Of a stretch of DNA of 64,000 bases, positions 41,035 through 50,109 are shown in pieces. The position numbers were made by a program, and so were the translations under genes. How positions within the stretch are numbered: the stretch's first letter is position 1; each line of letters starts with the position of its first letter. The notes beneath the pieces are model-generated. The model was given only the letters and a program-made list of their open reading frames with translations, was not told the origin of the DNA and made no database searches. This DNA comes from an uncultured candidatus Porisulfidus sp. (GTDB lineage Bacteria; Pseudomonadota; Gammaproteobacteria; Poriferisulfidales; Oxydemutatoraceae): positions 1,216,001 to 1,280,000 of the forward strand of contig OZ244052.1 of the NCBI GenBank assembly GCA_965215125.1, written 5' to 3'.

Positions 41035-42177
41035 ATGAATAAATTTATGATAAATGCTCGCTACATGTTGGCACCTGCCACAATACTGCTCGCTATGTGG
41101 GGCGTCTTTATCGGCGGCCCGTGGGTATGGTTGGGTGTCTATATGCTAGGTGCAGGTATTCTTATAGACACGCTAGTCCCTAAGAAAACAATGGGCGCGG
41201 GTTTTGACGAAAACGGCGATACCAACGGTATTCCGAATTTCCAAAACGGTATCATGTATTTCATGCTAGCGGTGTTTGTGTTACTGCAAATAAACTTGGC
41301 ATGGCGGATTTACGAATATGCTACGGGTGTTCCTTTGGGGACGACCGAGATGTTCGGTATCACCGTCTACCAAGGCATCACCGGGCTGCAATTAGTCGGT
41401 GCGACGATCTCGTCCGGAATCTTTGCCGGGATAGGCATTATATATGGACACGAATTGGCGCACACCAAAGGCTTCAGCTTCGTGATTGCACGCTGGATGA
41501 TGGCACTGAGCGGTTCTTCTCATTTTTGCTATGCGCATGTCTACAATCACCACCTGGAGCTAGGTTGCTCGGACGATCCGGCAACCGCACCGCGTGGTCG
41601 TAGTCTATTCGGTCATCTTCCGTTGTCTTATCTGGGACAATCAAAGTTCCTTTACGGCATGGAAAAAGATCGTTTAGCACGCAAAGGTGTGCCGTTCTTA
41701 TCGTGGCAGAACCGCTGGCTTAGAGGTTATGCAATGAGCTTGCCGTCTCTATTCCTGTTTTGGTTGGCAGGCGGATGGCTTGGTGTTGCGTGTCTTGCGC
41801 TGGTTTGGTTAATTTCCAATTTTGAATTGGAAGCACTGAACTATCTAGAGCATTACGGCTTGATTCGTGAGAAAGGTCAGCCTATAGACTACCGTCATTC
41901 GTGGGATAACTCTACTGCTTTGACCAGTTGGTATTTCATAGAAATCGGTCGTCAGGCGGATCACCACGATCGTGGTGAGACACACTTTTGGGAACTCGAC
42001 GAAGTCGGCGCACCCAACACCAACTGCGGTTATTTTATGTTGTTTGCCATCGCATTGTTCCCGATGTTGTTCCATAAATTGATGGAAACCGAACTCAAGA
42101 AATGGGACGACAACGAAGCCGTAGAAGGCGAGCGTCAAATTGCCGATGCAATGAATCAACATGCGGGTTATGCTTAA
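41035..42177 (+). CDS. AlkB/XylM-type integral-membrane di-iron monooxygenase
   Basis: His boxes HELAH, HVYNHH, NYLEHYG and QADHH; DPATA; HSW; GAGGAG RBS. Confidence 0.9.
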   Translation: MNKFMINARYMLAPATILLAMWGVFIGGPWVWLGVYMLGAGILIDTLVPKKTMGAGFDENGDTNGIPNFQNGIMYFMLAVFVLLQINLAWRIYEYATGVPLGTTEMFGITVYQGITGLQLVGATISSGIFAGIGIIYGHELAHTKGFSFVIARWMMALSGSSHFCYAHVYNHHLELGCSDDPATAPRGRSLFGHLPLSYLGQSKFLYGMEKDRLARKGVPFLSWQNRWLRGYAMSLPSLFLFWLAGGWLGVACLALVWLISNFELEALNYLEHYGLIREKGQPIDYRHSWDNSTALTSWYFIEIGRQADHHDRGETHFWELDEVGAPNTNCGYFMLFAIALFPMLFHKLMETELKKWDDNEAVEGERQIADAMNQHAGYA

Positions 42178-42204
42178 TTTATAAGTATTTATTTGTATGT
42201 TAGG

Positions 42205-42239
42205 AAGCCGCCGATGCGAGCGCGTCGGCGGCTTTTTTT
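42205..42239 (+). terminator. Rho-independent terminator after the monooxygenase
   Basis: AAGCCGCCGATGCG-AG-CGCGTCGGCGGCTT followed by a T run. Confidence 0.85.
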
Positions 42240-42259
42240 ATTGGGTTATAATCGTTGTC

Positions 42260-42952
42260 GTGAGTAGTGACCTAATAGATCAAATCATATCGGGTAGCGA
42301 TGAGAGGCAAACCCGTGCCGGCTTGGAAAATCACTTGCGAGAGATCGAACGAAATCTCGCACGGTTGCCTGCCGCTGCTATGAATGAACGGCAAATGCTC
42401 TCGCTTGAGAAAGCTGGGGTTTTAGTAGAACTGGAGGACAAACCACAAGCGTGGAAACTCGCCCGCACCGGCTTTGATTATTTTTTGGAAACCGATCAGT
42501 GGCAATTCGCAGTGGAAGCGTGCGAACTTGTCTACCGTTGCGACTGCGAGGATTCAATTCCGGCATTGGGTATGGCGTGCTGGCTTGCGATTACCTACCC
42601 GATTGACCCGATTTTATCAATTCGTGTTCTGCACTATGTCATAGACGAAACCCCGGATGACTCGGACGGCGGTGCCGTGGCAGCGGTCGTTGCGCATTAT
42701 GTTGCCGATTTGCGAGTATCCGGCGAACAGCGAGATAGCTTGTTGTTTATAACCAAACAGAAGATTGCCGATGTCGCTCGTCGTCATCGTAATATCACCG
42801 ACGAGGAAAGCATCAATATCTGGATGGAGATCTTGGGACTCAAAGATGCCGAGGAATTTTTACCGGCAATGGCAAAAGTAATAGATGTTATTACCGGCGA
42901 CACATGGTGGTTTGATAGAGAACGGTTGCGCGCCCGACTACCGTTCAATTGA
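42260..42952 (+). CDS. Hypothetical all-alpha (TPR-like) protein
   Basis: Long ORF with normal composition; WLAITYPIDP, DETPDDSDG.AVAA, WWFDR; GTG 42260 preferred because it lies after the terminator. Confidence 0.75.
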   Translation: MSSDLIDQIISGSDERQTRAGLENHLREIERNLARLPAAAMNERQMLSLEKAGVLVELEDKPQAWKLARTGFDYFLETDQWQFAVEACELVYRCDCEDSIPALGMACWLAITYPIDPILSIRVLHYVIDETPDDSDGGAVAAVVAHYVADLRVSGEQRDSLLFITKQKIADVARRHRNITDEESINIWMEILGLKDAEEFLPAMAKVIDVITGDTWWFDRERLRARLPFN

Positions 42953-42966
42953 TATGTCGTAGCAAG

Positions 42967-44037
42967 ATGTCAGAACATCGGTGTATTATTCATTTTGATA
43001 TGGATGCTTTTTTCGCATCTATAGAACAACGCGATTTTCCCGAATATGTCGGCAAACCTATCGTGGTCGGCGGCAAGCCGGGCGAGCGTGGCGTAGTAGC
43101 AACATGTAGTTATGAGGCGCGCCCTTTCGGTGTACATTCGGCAATGCCGTCGTCAACCGCCGCCCGTTTGTGTCCGCAAGCAATTTTTGTAAAACCTCGT
43201 TTTGAAGTTTATAGGCAGGTCTCCGCACAAATACGAGAAATCTTTCATTGCTACACCGATATTGTAGAAATGCTATCGCTGGACGAAGCTTATTTAGATG
43301 TCGGCAACTCGGTAGCGGATATCAACGCTGCCGGTAATCTTGCCTACCGGGTTAAAAAACAAGTGCTCGACGAGACTCAACTCACCGTATCGGCAGGTGT
43401 TTCTTATAATAAGTTTTTGGCTAAAATCGCATCGGATATGGATAAGCCGGACGGCTGCTACCTCGTCGCTCCCGATAACGGTTTGGATTTTGTTGCCCGT
43501 CTGCCGATCGGTCGTTTTCACGGCATAGGCAAGGTTACGCAAAAGCGTATGCAGGAGATGGGAATCGAAAACGGCTCGGACCTTAGACGATGCACGCGTG
43601 AGTTACTGGTTGCAACCTTCGGCAAAGCAGGCCATTATTATTACGATGCCGCACGCGGCGTAGACCACAGAGAAGTGGTTCCGGAGCGTCCGCGTAAATC
43701 TATAGGGGCAGAGACTACCTTTAGAAGCGACCTCGTGAAAGAAAAAGTTATTCAAGAGGAGTTAAAACAGTATGCAACCAAGGTTGCCCGCATACTTGCG
43801 GCGCGCAACTTGAGCGGAAGAACGGTCACCTTAAAAGTCAAATATGCGAATTTTCAGCAAATCACCCGTAGCCATACCCTAGATCATCCGTTGAGCGGTT
43901 TGAAAGAAATGTGGTCTGTATTACACGGGCTACTGCAAAAAACGGAAATCGGCAAACGACCGATACGCTTGCTCGGAGTCGCAGTGTCTAATTTGTGTGC
44001 TTCCGGCTCGTTGCGTCAAGAACAACTAAAGTTTTAA
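42967..44037 (+). CDS. dinB: DNA polymerase IV
   Basis: HFDMDAFFASIE, CSYEAR, SLDEAYLD, KIASD. Confidence 0.96.
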   Translation: MSEHRCIIHFDMDAFFASIEQRDFPEYVGKPIVVGGKPGERGVVATCSYEARPFGVHSAMPSSTAARLCPQAIFVKPRFEVYRQVSAQIREIFHCYTDIVEMLSLDEAYLDVGNSVADINAAGNLAYRVKKQVLDETQLTVSAGVSYNKFLAKIASDMDKPDGCYLVAPDNGLDFVARLPIGRFHGIGKVTQKRMQEMGIENGSDLRRCTRELLVATFGKAGHYYYDAARGVDHREVVPERPRKSIGAETTFRSDLVKEKVIQEELKQYATKVARILAARNLSGRTVTLKVKYANFQQITRSHTLDHPLSGLKEMWSVLHGLLQKTEIGKRPIRLLGVAVSNLCASGSLRQEQLKF

Positions 44038-44230
44038 CCACTTATCCCTCTGTAGGTGGTTTGCGTAATTATGTGGCGCAAGACGGTTGATGATATTCCT
44101 CCAAAAATGGACAAAAAAGCCGTGTTATCTATCGGCCTGTCGAATAATCAAGAGAGTAATGAGCAATAAAGATATCATGGCTTTACCGGCGCATGCTTGT
44201 ATTATAAAAGACGGTTCTGTGTCAATTCCC

Positions 44231-45148
44231 TTAAGTGTGCCAATCGTATCCCGAGAAAAAATCATATTTTTCAGTAAGCGATGCTATAGCCTGTTTTTCG
44301 TCTTCTGTCCAATCACATTCATAACGACTCTTATGAGGTTTTTTATTAACTACAGAGGCGCAGTCATCTAGATAATCGGGAGAGGCGGGTACTTGTAAAA
44401 AATCACAAATTTTAGCTAATTCTGAGCGAGGATCTGCAACCATATTTTCATGCCTCGCTATAAATATATCTCTAGAATCAGTTTGTTTAAGTAACTTTTC
44501 ACTTTTTTTAGACAACCTCAACAAAGTACCTATCGTATCAGAACCACTAAATCTTGTCCTTGTAGCATACATATCGTAAGGGTTGCGAACCGTAAGAATT
44601 AATTTCATTGCAATGTTTCTTTTCTTAAGGGTATTTTTGAGCATTTCCAGTGTGGGATTATTATTTAGAAACTTCATATTTCTTACAGAAGCTTTATTCC
44701 CTATAATATTCAGTTGTTTGAAAGAACCTTGATGCTGATTAAGAATTAATATAGCACCCGCTATTCTAGCTCGTCTGAGAACAACTTTCGTCCGATTGCG
44801 GCTTGACAATTTTTTTTTGACTTTAGCCAAACGCAATTTTTCAAGCCACAGATTATAATCAGAGTTCAAAATATAACAAAATATTCCGTCTAGATTGGTT
44901 TTTAGTTTGATTTTTTTGTCAATATAGGGAGCTTCGTCGGCAATGACTATATTAGAATGTGCCGTTAGCAAATAACCGAGTAATGAAGAACCAGCTCGAG
45001 GGAAGCCTATTGTAAGCAACATTATCTGCACATCTCTCAAAGAGTTTTTCAAAACTACTTTTTTAGGAAAAGCGAGGAAATCATATATGTATATATTATA
45101 TAAATACCGCTTTTTTTTTATATTAATAGCGTTGTTAAGAAATCGCAT
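44231..45148 (-). CDS. Sulfotransferase (copy B, paralog of 25032-25976)
   Basis: GFPRAGSSLL, VRNPYD, and the same KYDFFSGYDWHT end as copy A. Confidence 0.85.
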   Translation of the reverse strand: MRFLNNAINIKKKRYLYNIYIYDFLAFPKKVVLKNSLRDVQIMLLTIGFPRAGSSLLGYLLTAHSNIVIADEAPYIDKKIKLKTNLDGIFCYILNSDYNLWLEKLRLAKVKKKLSSRNRTKVVLRRARIAGAILILNQHQGSFKQLNIIGNKASVRNMKFLNNNPTLEMLKNTLKKRNIAMKLILTVRNPYDMYATRTRFSGSDTIGTLLRLSKKSEKLLKQTDSRDIFIARHENMVADPRSELAKICDFLQVPASPDYLDDCASVVNKKPHKSRYECDWTEDEKQAIASLTEKYDFFSGYDWHT

Positions 45149-45165
45149 CTGTCAACTATTTTACT

Positions 45166-45493
45166 TTAGGTTACTTTGAAGGTGGTATACATTCGCTCTC
45201 TATTAAATACTGAAGGCTCTCGGATTATATCAAAGGTATCACCGTTCACCAACACCTCCATAGGCTTGGGTCTAGTATTGTAGTTTCCGGACATACTAAC
45301 GCCGTAAGCACCGGTTGATAGTGCGGCGAGTAAATCGTTTGGGTGTAAAACTAACCGGCACCGATAGCCCAAAACATCTGCGCTTTCGCATACCGGCCCC
45401 ATGATATCATAGTCTTTATGTGTACTTTGTGTGCTTTAACCGGCACGATGTCGTGCTACGTCTGATATAACGAAAGGCGTAACAGGTCGTTCA
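45166..45493 (-). pseudogene. Duplicated 3' fragment of lysA
   Basis: Aligns to about 25990-26320 (roughly 85-90% by hand); has an 8-bp deletion, a TGG>TAG stop and no 5' part. Confidence 0.9.
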
Positions 45494-45563
45494 ACGCCAC
45501 TTGCGCTACTGCAACAAGTGGCGATTCTGTGTGCTAAAATCCCTTTCGGGTAGTTTTCTTTAT

Positions 45564-45636
<73 letters not shown>

Positions 45637-45647
45637 CCGGTTCAAGC

Positions 45648-45723
45648 GCGCCCGTAGCTCAGTGGATAGAGCGCTGCCCTCCGGAGGCAGAAGTCGCAGG
45701 TTCGAATCCTGCCGGGCGCGCCA
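45648..45723 (+). tRNA. tRNA-Arg(CCG)
   Basis: GCGCCCGTAGCTCAG...CTGCCCTCCGGAGGCAG...TTCGAATC...CGGGCGCGCCA. Confidence 0.97.
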
Positions 45724-45731
45724 TTCAGACA

Positions 45732-47333
45732 TTATTGCGTGTTCCAATGCAAGGTTTCACGCAGTTTGACCTTTAATAGCAATAAGGCTATGAAATAAAA
45801 GCCGGCACCTAATATAATCGTGCCTGCCAGCGCGGCGACGCGATACACCGCATCCCATACATTCCAATCGGGCAACCGATGTATAAGGTATATCAGTAGT
45901 AATCCCATAAGCAAAGAGGCGACCAGTATCTTCTTGATAAGCGCGCTTGTTTCTGCATTGATACGAAATATACGATGGCGGACGAGTGCACGATACAGTA
46001 AAAAACTATTCAATAGTGCCGATAAACTGGTTGCTAATGCCAATGCAGCATGCGGCGCAAGCAAGCCTATGTATTGCCACAATAAGACCAGCACGATATT
46101 CAACGCAATGTTGCTCAGCATGGCAACGACGGCAATCCGCATCGGGAGTTTGGTGTTTTGATGAGCAAAAAAAGCACAAGAAAATATCTTAATGAGCATA
46201 AACATAGGCAAACCTAGTGCATAAGCGATTAGGCTAATGCTCACCATCAGCGTATCGTCGTAGGTGAATTGACGGTATTGTATCAACGAGATTAGTATGG
46301 GTTGCGCCAATACGACGAGTCCGACCACACAGGGGAAAGCGAGCATCATCGCAGCGCGCACTCCCCAATCCATGGTTTGTTGAAAGTACTTTAGATCGGA
46401 GGCAACCCGATGCGCAGACAGCCGTGCCAACAACACCGTGCTGATGGCAATCCCGAAAACTCCCATCGGCAATTCCACGAAGCGATCCGAGATATAAAGC
46501 CAGCTAATACTGCCGGCAACGAGGAAAGATGCTATCAATGTATCGAACAAAAGATTGACTTGTACGATTGCGGAGCTAAAGATTGCCGGAAGCATCAATC
46601 GTCCTACCCGTCGCACGCCCTTATGTCGGAAATCCAACCTAAATCCGAAAGTCCAGTCAATACGCTTTAGCCAAAGCACGACAAAAGACAGTTGCGCAAT
46701 GCCGGCGACCAAAACTCCCCATGCGAGAGCGGTTATGGGTTCGTCCATCTTGGGTGCCACCCATAGTGTCGCGGTGATCAAGGATAGATTCATCAATACC
46801 GGTGTGAAAGCCGGTGCCCCGAAATGACCATAGCTGTTGAGTATGCCGGTGGCAAGTGCGGTTAAAGAAATGAATAACACATAAGGAAAAGTGATGCGTA
46901 GCATTTGTGCCGACAAATCAAATCTATCACCTTCGTCTATAAAGCCGGGGGCAAAGACGGCAATTAATACAGGTGCTACGAGTATTCCGACGACGGTGAT
47001 AACCAGCAATATCATGCCGAGGGTGCCGGCAGCACAATCTGCAAACCTATGCAATTCGGTAGGGCTACGATGTGTTTTATATTCTTGGAACACCGGTACG
47101 AAAGCCTGAGAGAGTGCACCTTCTCCGAAAAGCCGTCGCATCAAATTGGGTAATCTGAAGGCGACTAGAAAAGCATCGGTAGCACCACCGGCTCCGAAGA
47201 CAATAAAAATGATCGCATCTCTGGTATAGCCTAAAACGCGCGACAGCATAGTCAAAAGACTGAAAGAAGCCGTTGATTTAAGCAGCTTTTTTCCTAATCC
47301 GGGCGATTTTGTATCGGTTGCGATTTGCGTCAA
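45732..47333 (-). CDS. murJ: Lipid II flippase
   Basis: SRVLGYTRD, AFRLPN.MRRLFGEGA, DRFVELP.G. Confidence 0.95.
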   Translation of the reverse strand: MTQIATDTKSPGLGKKLLKSTASFSLLTMLSRVLGYTRDAIIFIVFGAGGATDAFLVAFRLPNLMRRLFGEGALSQAFVPVFQEYKTHRSPTELHRFADCAAGTLGMILLVITVVGILVAPVLIAVFAPGFIDEGDRFDLSAQMLRITFPYVLFISLTALATGILNSYGHFGAPAFTPVLMNLSLITATLWVAPKMDEPITALAWGVLVAGIAQLSFVVLWLKRIDWTFGFRLDFRHKGVRRVGRLMLPAIFSSAIVQVNLLFDTLIASFLVAGSISWLYISDRFVELPMGVFGIAISTVLLARLSAHRVASDLKYFQQTMDWGVRAAMMLAFPCVVGLVVLAQPILISLIQYRQFTYDDTLMVSISLIAYALGLPMFMLIKIFSCAFFAHQNTKLPMRIAVVAMLSNIALNIVLVLLWQYIGLLAPHAALALATSLSALLNSFLLYRALVRHRIFRINAETSALIKKILVASLLMGLLLIYLIHRLPDWNVWDAVYRVAALAGTIILGAGFYFIALLLLKVKLRETLHWNTQ

Positions 47334-47361
47334 TTTATCAAAGCCTTTTCAGAGTATACGA

Positions 47362-48474
47362 TTAGGCGTTTTGCCGATGGCACCACAACTTGGGGTCAAG
47401 TTGTTCGTTAAATCTGCGTATTTCAAAATACAAGCCGGTATCGCCGGAGGTTCCGCCGTTGCCTACCTCTGCAATACGCTCCCCGGTTCGCACACTATCT
47501 CCTACTTCCTTATAGAGTGTTTCGTTGTTTGCATAAAGCGACATATAACCGTCCCCGTGGTCAATGATTAATAGCATGCCGTAGCTACGGAACCAATCAC
47601 TGAATACTACATGGCCGTCGTAGATACTTTTGACTTTCGTGTCGGCAGTAGCCGGCAAAAAAATTCCCGGCAGTTTTTTATTGTCGCTTCGTATAGTGAT
47701 AGGTCTGTCCAAGGGCCAGGGTAAGCTACCCTTGAGTGTGCCGAATTGTAATACCGAAGCCGACGATGTTCCAAACCGCGCAATGAGTCGTTGCAGTTCT
47801 TCGGCATCTTTTTGTAGCGTGGCAATCGCAATCTGTTCTTGCGTGATCTTCTGCTCTAAGGTATTGATTATCTCTTGTTTCTTTTGTCGTTTCTGTTCAA
47901 TTTCTCGTACTATCCGCTGTTGTCGTGCGTGTTCCAGTTCTAGGGCGCGGTTTTGCACCTTGAGTTCCGTTCGTATCTCCGATAGATGCGATAATTGTTC
48001 CGAAAGTTCGGATAATTTATTTGCTCTTTCCCGATTAAAGTAATCGTAATAGACCGCCCTTCGTTCAAAGCCACGCCAGTCGTCGGCACCGAGTAAATAG
48101 CTAAACCGCCGGGTTCGCACATCGTGTTGCATAGAGCGCAAGCCCGACTTAAGCGAGGATAAGTGATCGGCGTGCTGCTCGGACAAGTCTTCGGCTTGTT
48201 CGGTGAGCGTGGATAATTTTGATTTCAATTCGGAAAGATTCTTAACCGATTTTTCATAACCGCGTTTGGCATCACTAAGACTGCGCGCACTGTATCCTAA
48301 TTGTTGTTGTAATTGTTCAAGTGCCTTAGACGCAGAACCTAGATCGCGTTGCTTTTCAAGCACTTGCGATTCGATGGATTGTAGGCGCTCATCGTAAGTT
48401 TGAGGGTAAGCTGCCGTTCCTGCGCATAATGCGAAAAACAATGCGATTAGCCTTAATTTATGTTGCGAAATCAT
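47362..48474 (-). CDS. envC: Murein hydrolase activator EnvC (coiled coil plus degenerate M23)
   Basis: Signal peptide, coiled coil, LPWP, IIDHGDGYMSLY, LYFEIR. Confidence 0.88.
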   Translation of the reverse strand: MISQHKLRLIALFFALCAGTAAYPQTYDERLQSIESQVLEKQRDLGSASKALEQLQQQLGYSARSLSDAKRGYEKSVKNLSELKSKLSTLTEQAEDLSEQHADHLSSLKSGLRSMQHDVRTRRFSYLLGADDWRGFERRAVYYDYFNRERANKLSELSEQLSHLSEIRTELKVQNRALELEHARQQRIVREIEQKRQKKQEIINTLEQKITQEQIAIATLQKDAEELQRLIARFGTSSASVLQFGTLKGSLPWPLDRPITIRSDNKKLPGIFLPATADTKVKSIYDGHVVFSDWFRSYGMLLIIDHGDGYMSLYANNETLYKEVGDSVRTGERIAEVGNGGTSGDTGLYFEIRRFNEQLDPKLWCHRQNA

Positions 48475-48540
48475 CGGTAACTATTATATGAGACCATTGC
48501 GTATTATAATGTAATCAGGAAGATGTTATCAGGTAGTTAT

Positions 48541-48903
48541 ATGGAGATACTAGAAAGCACTACAAATATTAATAATACCATGCCGACCGGCAATATGGAT
48601 CAGATTATAGAAGAGGCTGCCGAAACCTTAAAAGCAATGGCACACCCCTTGCGTCTTAAGATACTCTGTATCTTGGACAGCAGCGAAATGAGCGTGCAGG
48701 AGCTGGTAGAAAAGGTGGGAACTTCTCAAAGTAATGTTTCGCAACACCTATCTATATTGAAAGAAAAAGGTGTGTTAGCTAGCAGAAAGGAAATCAATCG
48801 TGTACTATATCGAATCGGAGATCAGCGCACTTTGCTACTGATAGATATGATGCATAAGGTGTTCTGCTCGCATGCCTCTAACGATAACGGTACTTTAAGA
48901 TAA
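48541..48903 (+). CDS. ArsR/SmtB regulator (BigR/SqrR-like, two Cys)
   Basis: LKAMAHPLRLKILC, SQSNVSQHL, VFC; start uncertain. Confidence 0.88.
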   Translation: MEILESTTNINNTMPTGNMDQIIEEAAETLKAMAHPLRLKILCILDSSEMSVQELVEKVGTSQSNVSQHLSILKEKGVLASRKEINRVLYRIGDQRTLLLIDMMHKVFCSHASNDNGTLR

Positions 48904-48907
48904 AAGT

Positions 48908-49336
48908 ATGCAAACCGATTATATGGATTTTGTTGCCGATAATTTATTTCTGGTGACACTGTTATTGATATTGTTGACGGCGATCGTTATTACGGAAGCC
49001 AAAAAGCTGACGAAGAAATATAAGGATTTAACACCCACCGAGGTAGTGCAAATGATAAATCATGAAAATGCGGTTATGTTGGATGTGCGTGAAGCCACCG
49101 AACTCGGTGGCAGTGGAATACGCGATGCAAAGCATGTGTCGTTTAGCACACTGGGCGACCGTTTTTCCGAGTTGGCGAAGTTAAAAGACAAACCGGTGAT
49201 TGCTTTTTGCATGAACGGATTTAAGTCGCCTAAAGCGTGTGGCTTGCTTTGTAAGCAAGGTTTTACTAAAGTGTATAGCTTGAAAGGAGGTATTACGGCA
49301 TGGAAAGAGGCGAACATGCCGGTTGTAAAAAAATGA
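48908..49336 (+). CDS. Membrane-anchored rhodanese (YibN-like)
   Basis: N-terminal TM, LDVRE, LKGGITAW; upstream of grxC-secB. Confidence 0.88.
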   Translation: MQTDYMDFVADNLFLVTLLLILLTAIVITEAKKLTKKYKDLTPTEVVQMINHENAVMLDVREATELGGSGIRDAKHVSFSTLGDRFSELAKLKDKPVIAFCMNGFKSPKACGLLCKQGFTKVYSLKGGITAWKEANMPVVKK

Positions 49337-49605
49337 GTAAAGCTAAAGTCTTAATTTATACTTCGGCAAACTGCCCCTATTGCGCATGGTCTAAGCGGTT
49401 ACTCGATAAAAAGCAAGCAAGCTACGATGAGATAAGAGTAGATCAAGACGAGGTAGCTAGAACAGAGTTGCAAGCGCGTACCGAGCGCACATCGGTGCCG
49501 CAGATATTCATAGATGATTTTCATGTGGGTGGATATCAGGATATGGTGGAACTCGATCAGGAAGGCAAACTGGATAAACTGTTGGGCGGTGAGTCTGCAC
49601 TATAA
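49333..49605 (+). CDS. grxC: Glutaredoxin 3
   Basis: CPYC, SVPQIFI, GG. Confidence 0.92.
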   Translation: MSKAKVLIYTSANCPYCAWSKRLLDKKQASYDEIRVDQDEVARTELQARTERTSVPQIFIDDFHVGGYQDMVELDQEGKLDKLLGGESAL

Positions 49606-49650
49606 GTTTCAGGTTTAATCAATGTTTAAGAACATAGCGAGACTAAGAAT

Positions 49651-50091
49651 ATGATAGAAATAAAACACATATATGTTAAGGATGCTTCTTTTGAATCTCC
49701 GCATGCACCACAGATACTAGAGACACAATGGAGCCCCAATGTAGATATCAAGTTGCACAGTCTTAACACGAAGATGGAAGGAAATGACGATCTATACGAG
49801 TCCATTCTTCATGTTACGGTAACCGCAAAACACGACGAGACGACCATTTTTATGGTCGAAATCGAACAAGCCGGAGTGTTTCAAATATCCGAACTTATGG
49901 GCGAAGAATTAGATAAAACCTTACAGGTGGAGTGTCCTAATATCCTTTTCCCGTATGCGCGAGAAGCCATATCAAGCATGGTTTCTAAAGGTGGGTTTCC
50001 ACAGTTGCTGATGGCACCGATCAATTTTGAAAGCATATACATACAAAAGAACTACGCAAAAAACGAGCAGGTGACGAGTAAGCCCCATTAA
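49651..50091 (+). CDS. secB: Protein export chaperone
   Basis: IYVKDASFESP, CPNILFPYARE, PINF. Confidence 0.95.
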   Translation: MIEIKHIYVKDASFESPHAPQILETQWSPNVDIKLHSLNTKMEGNDDLYESILHVTVTAKHDETTIFMVEIEQAGVFQISELMGEELDKTLQVECPNILFPYAREAISSMVSKGGFPQLLMAPINFESIYIQKNYAKNEQVTSKPH

Positions 50092-50109
50092 GCGGCTACA
50101 CCGCATACG

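Noticed and set aside
44087-44371. 94-aa plus-strand ORF after dinB
   Set aside because: Half of it is antisense to the sulfotransferase and it has no recognisable motif.
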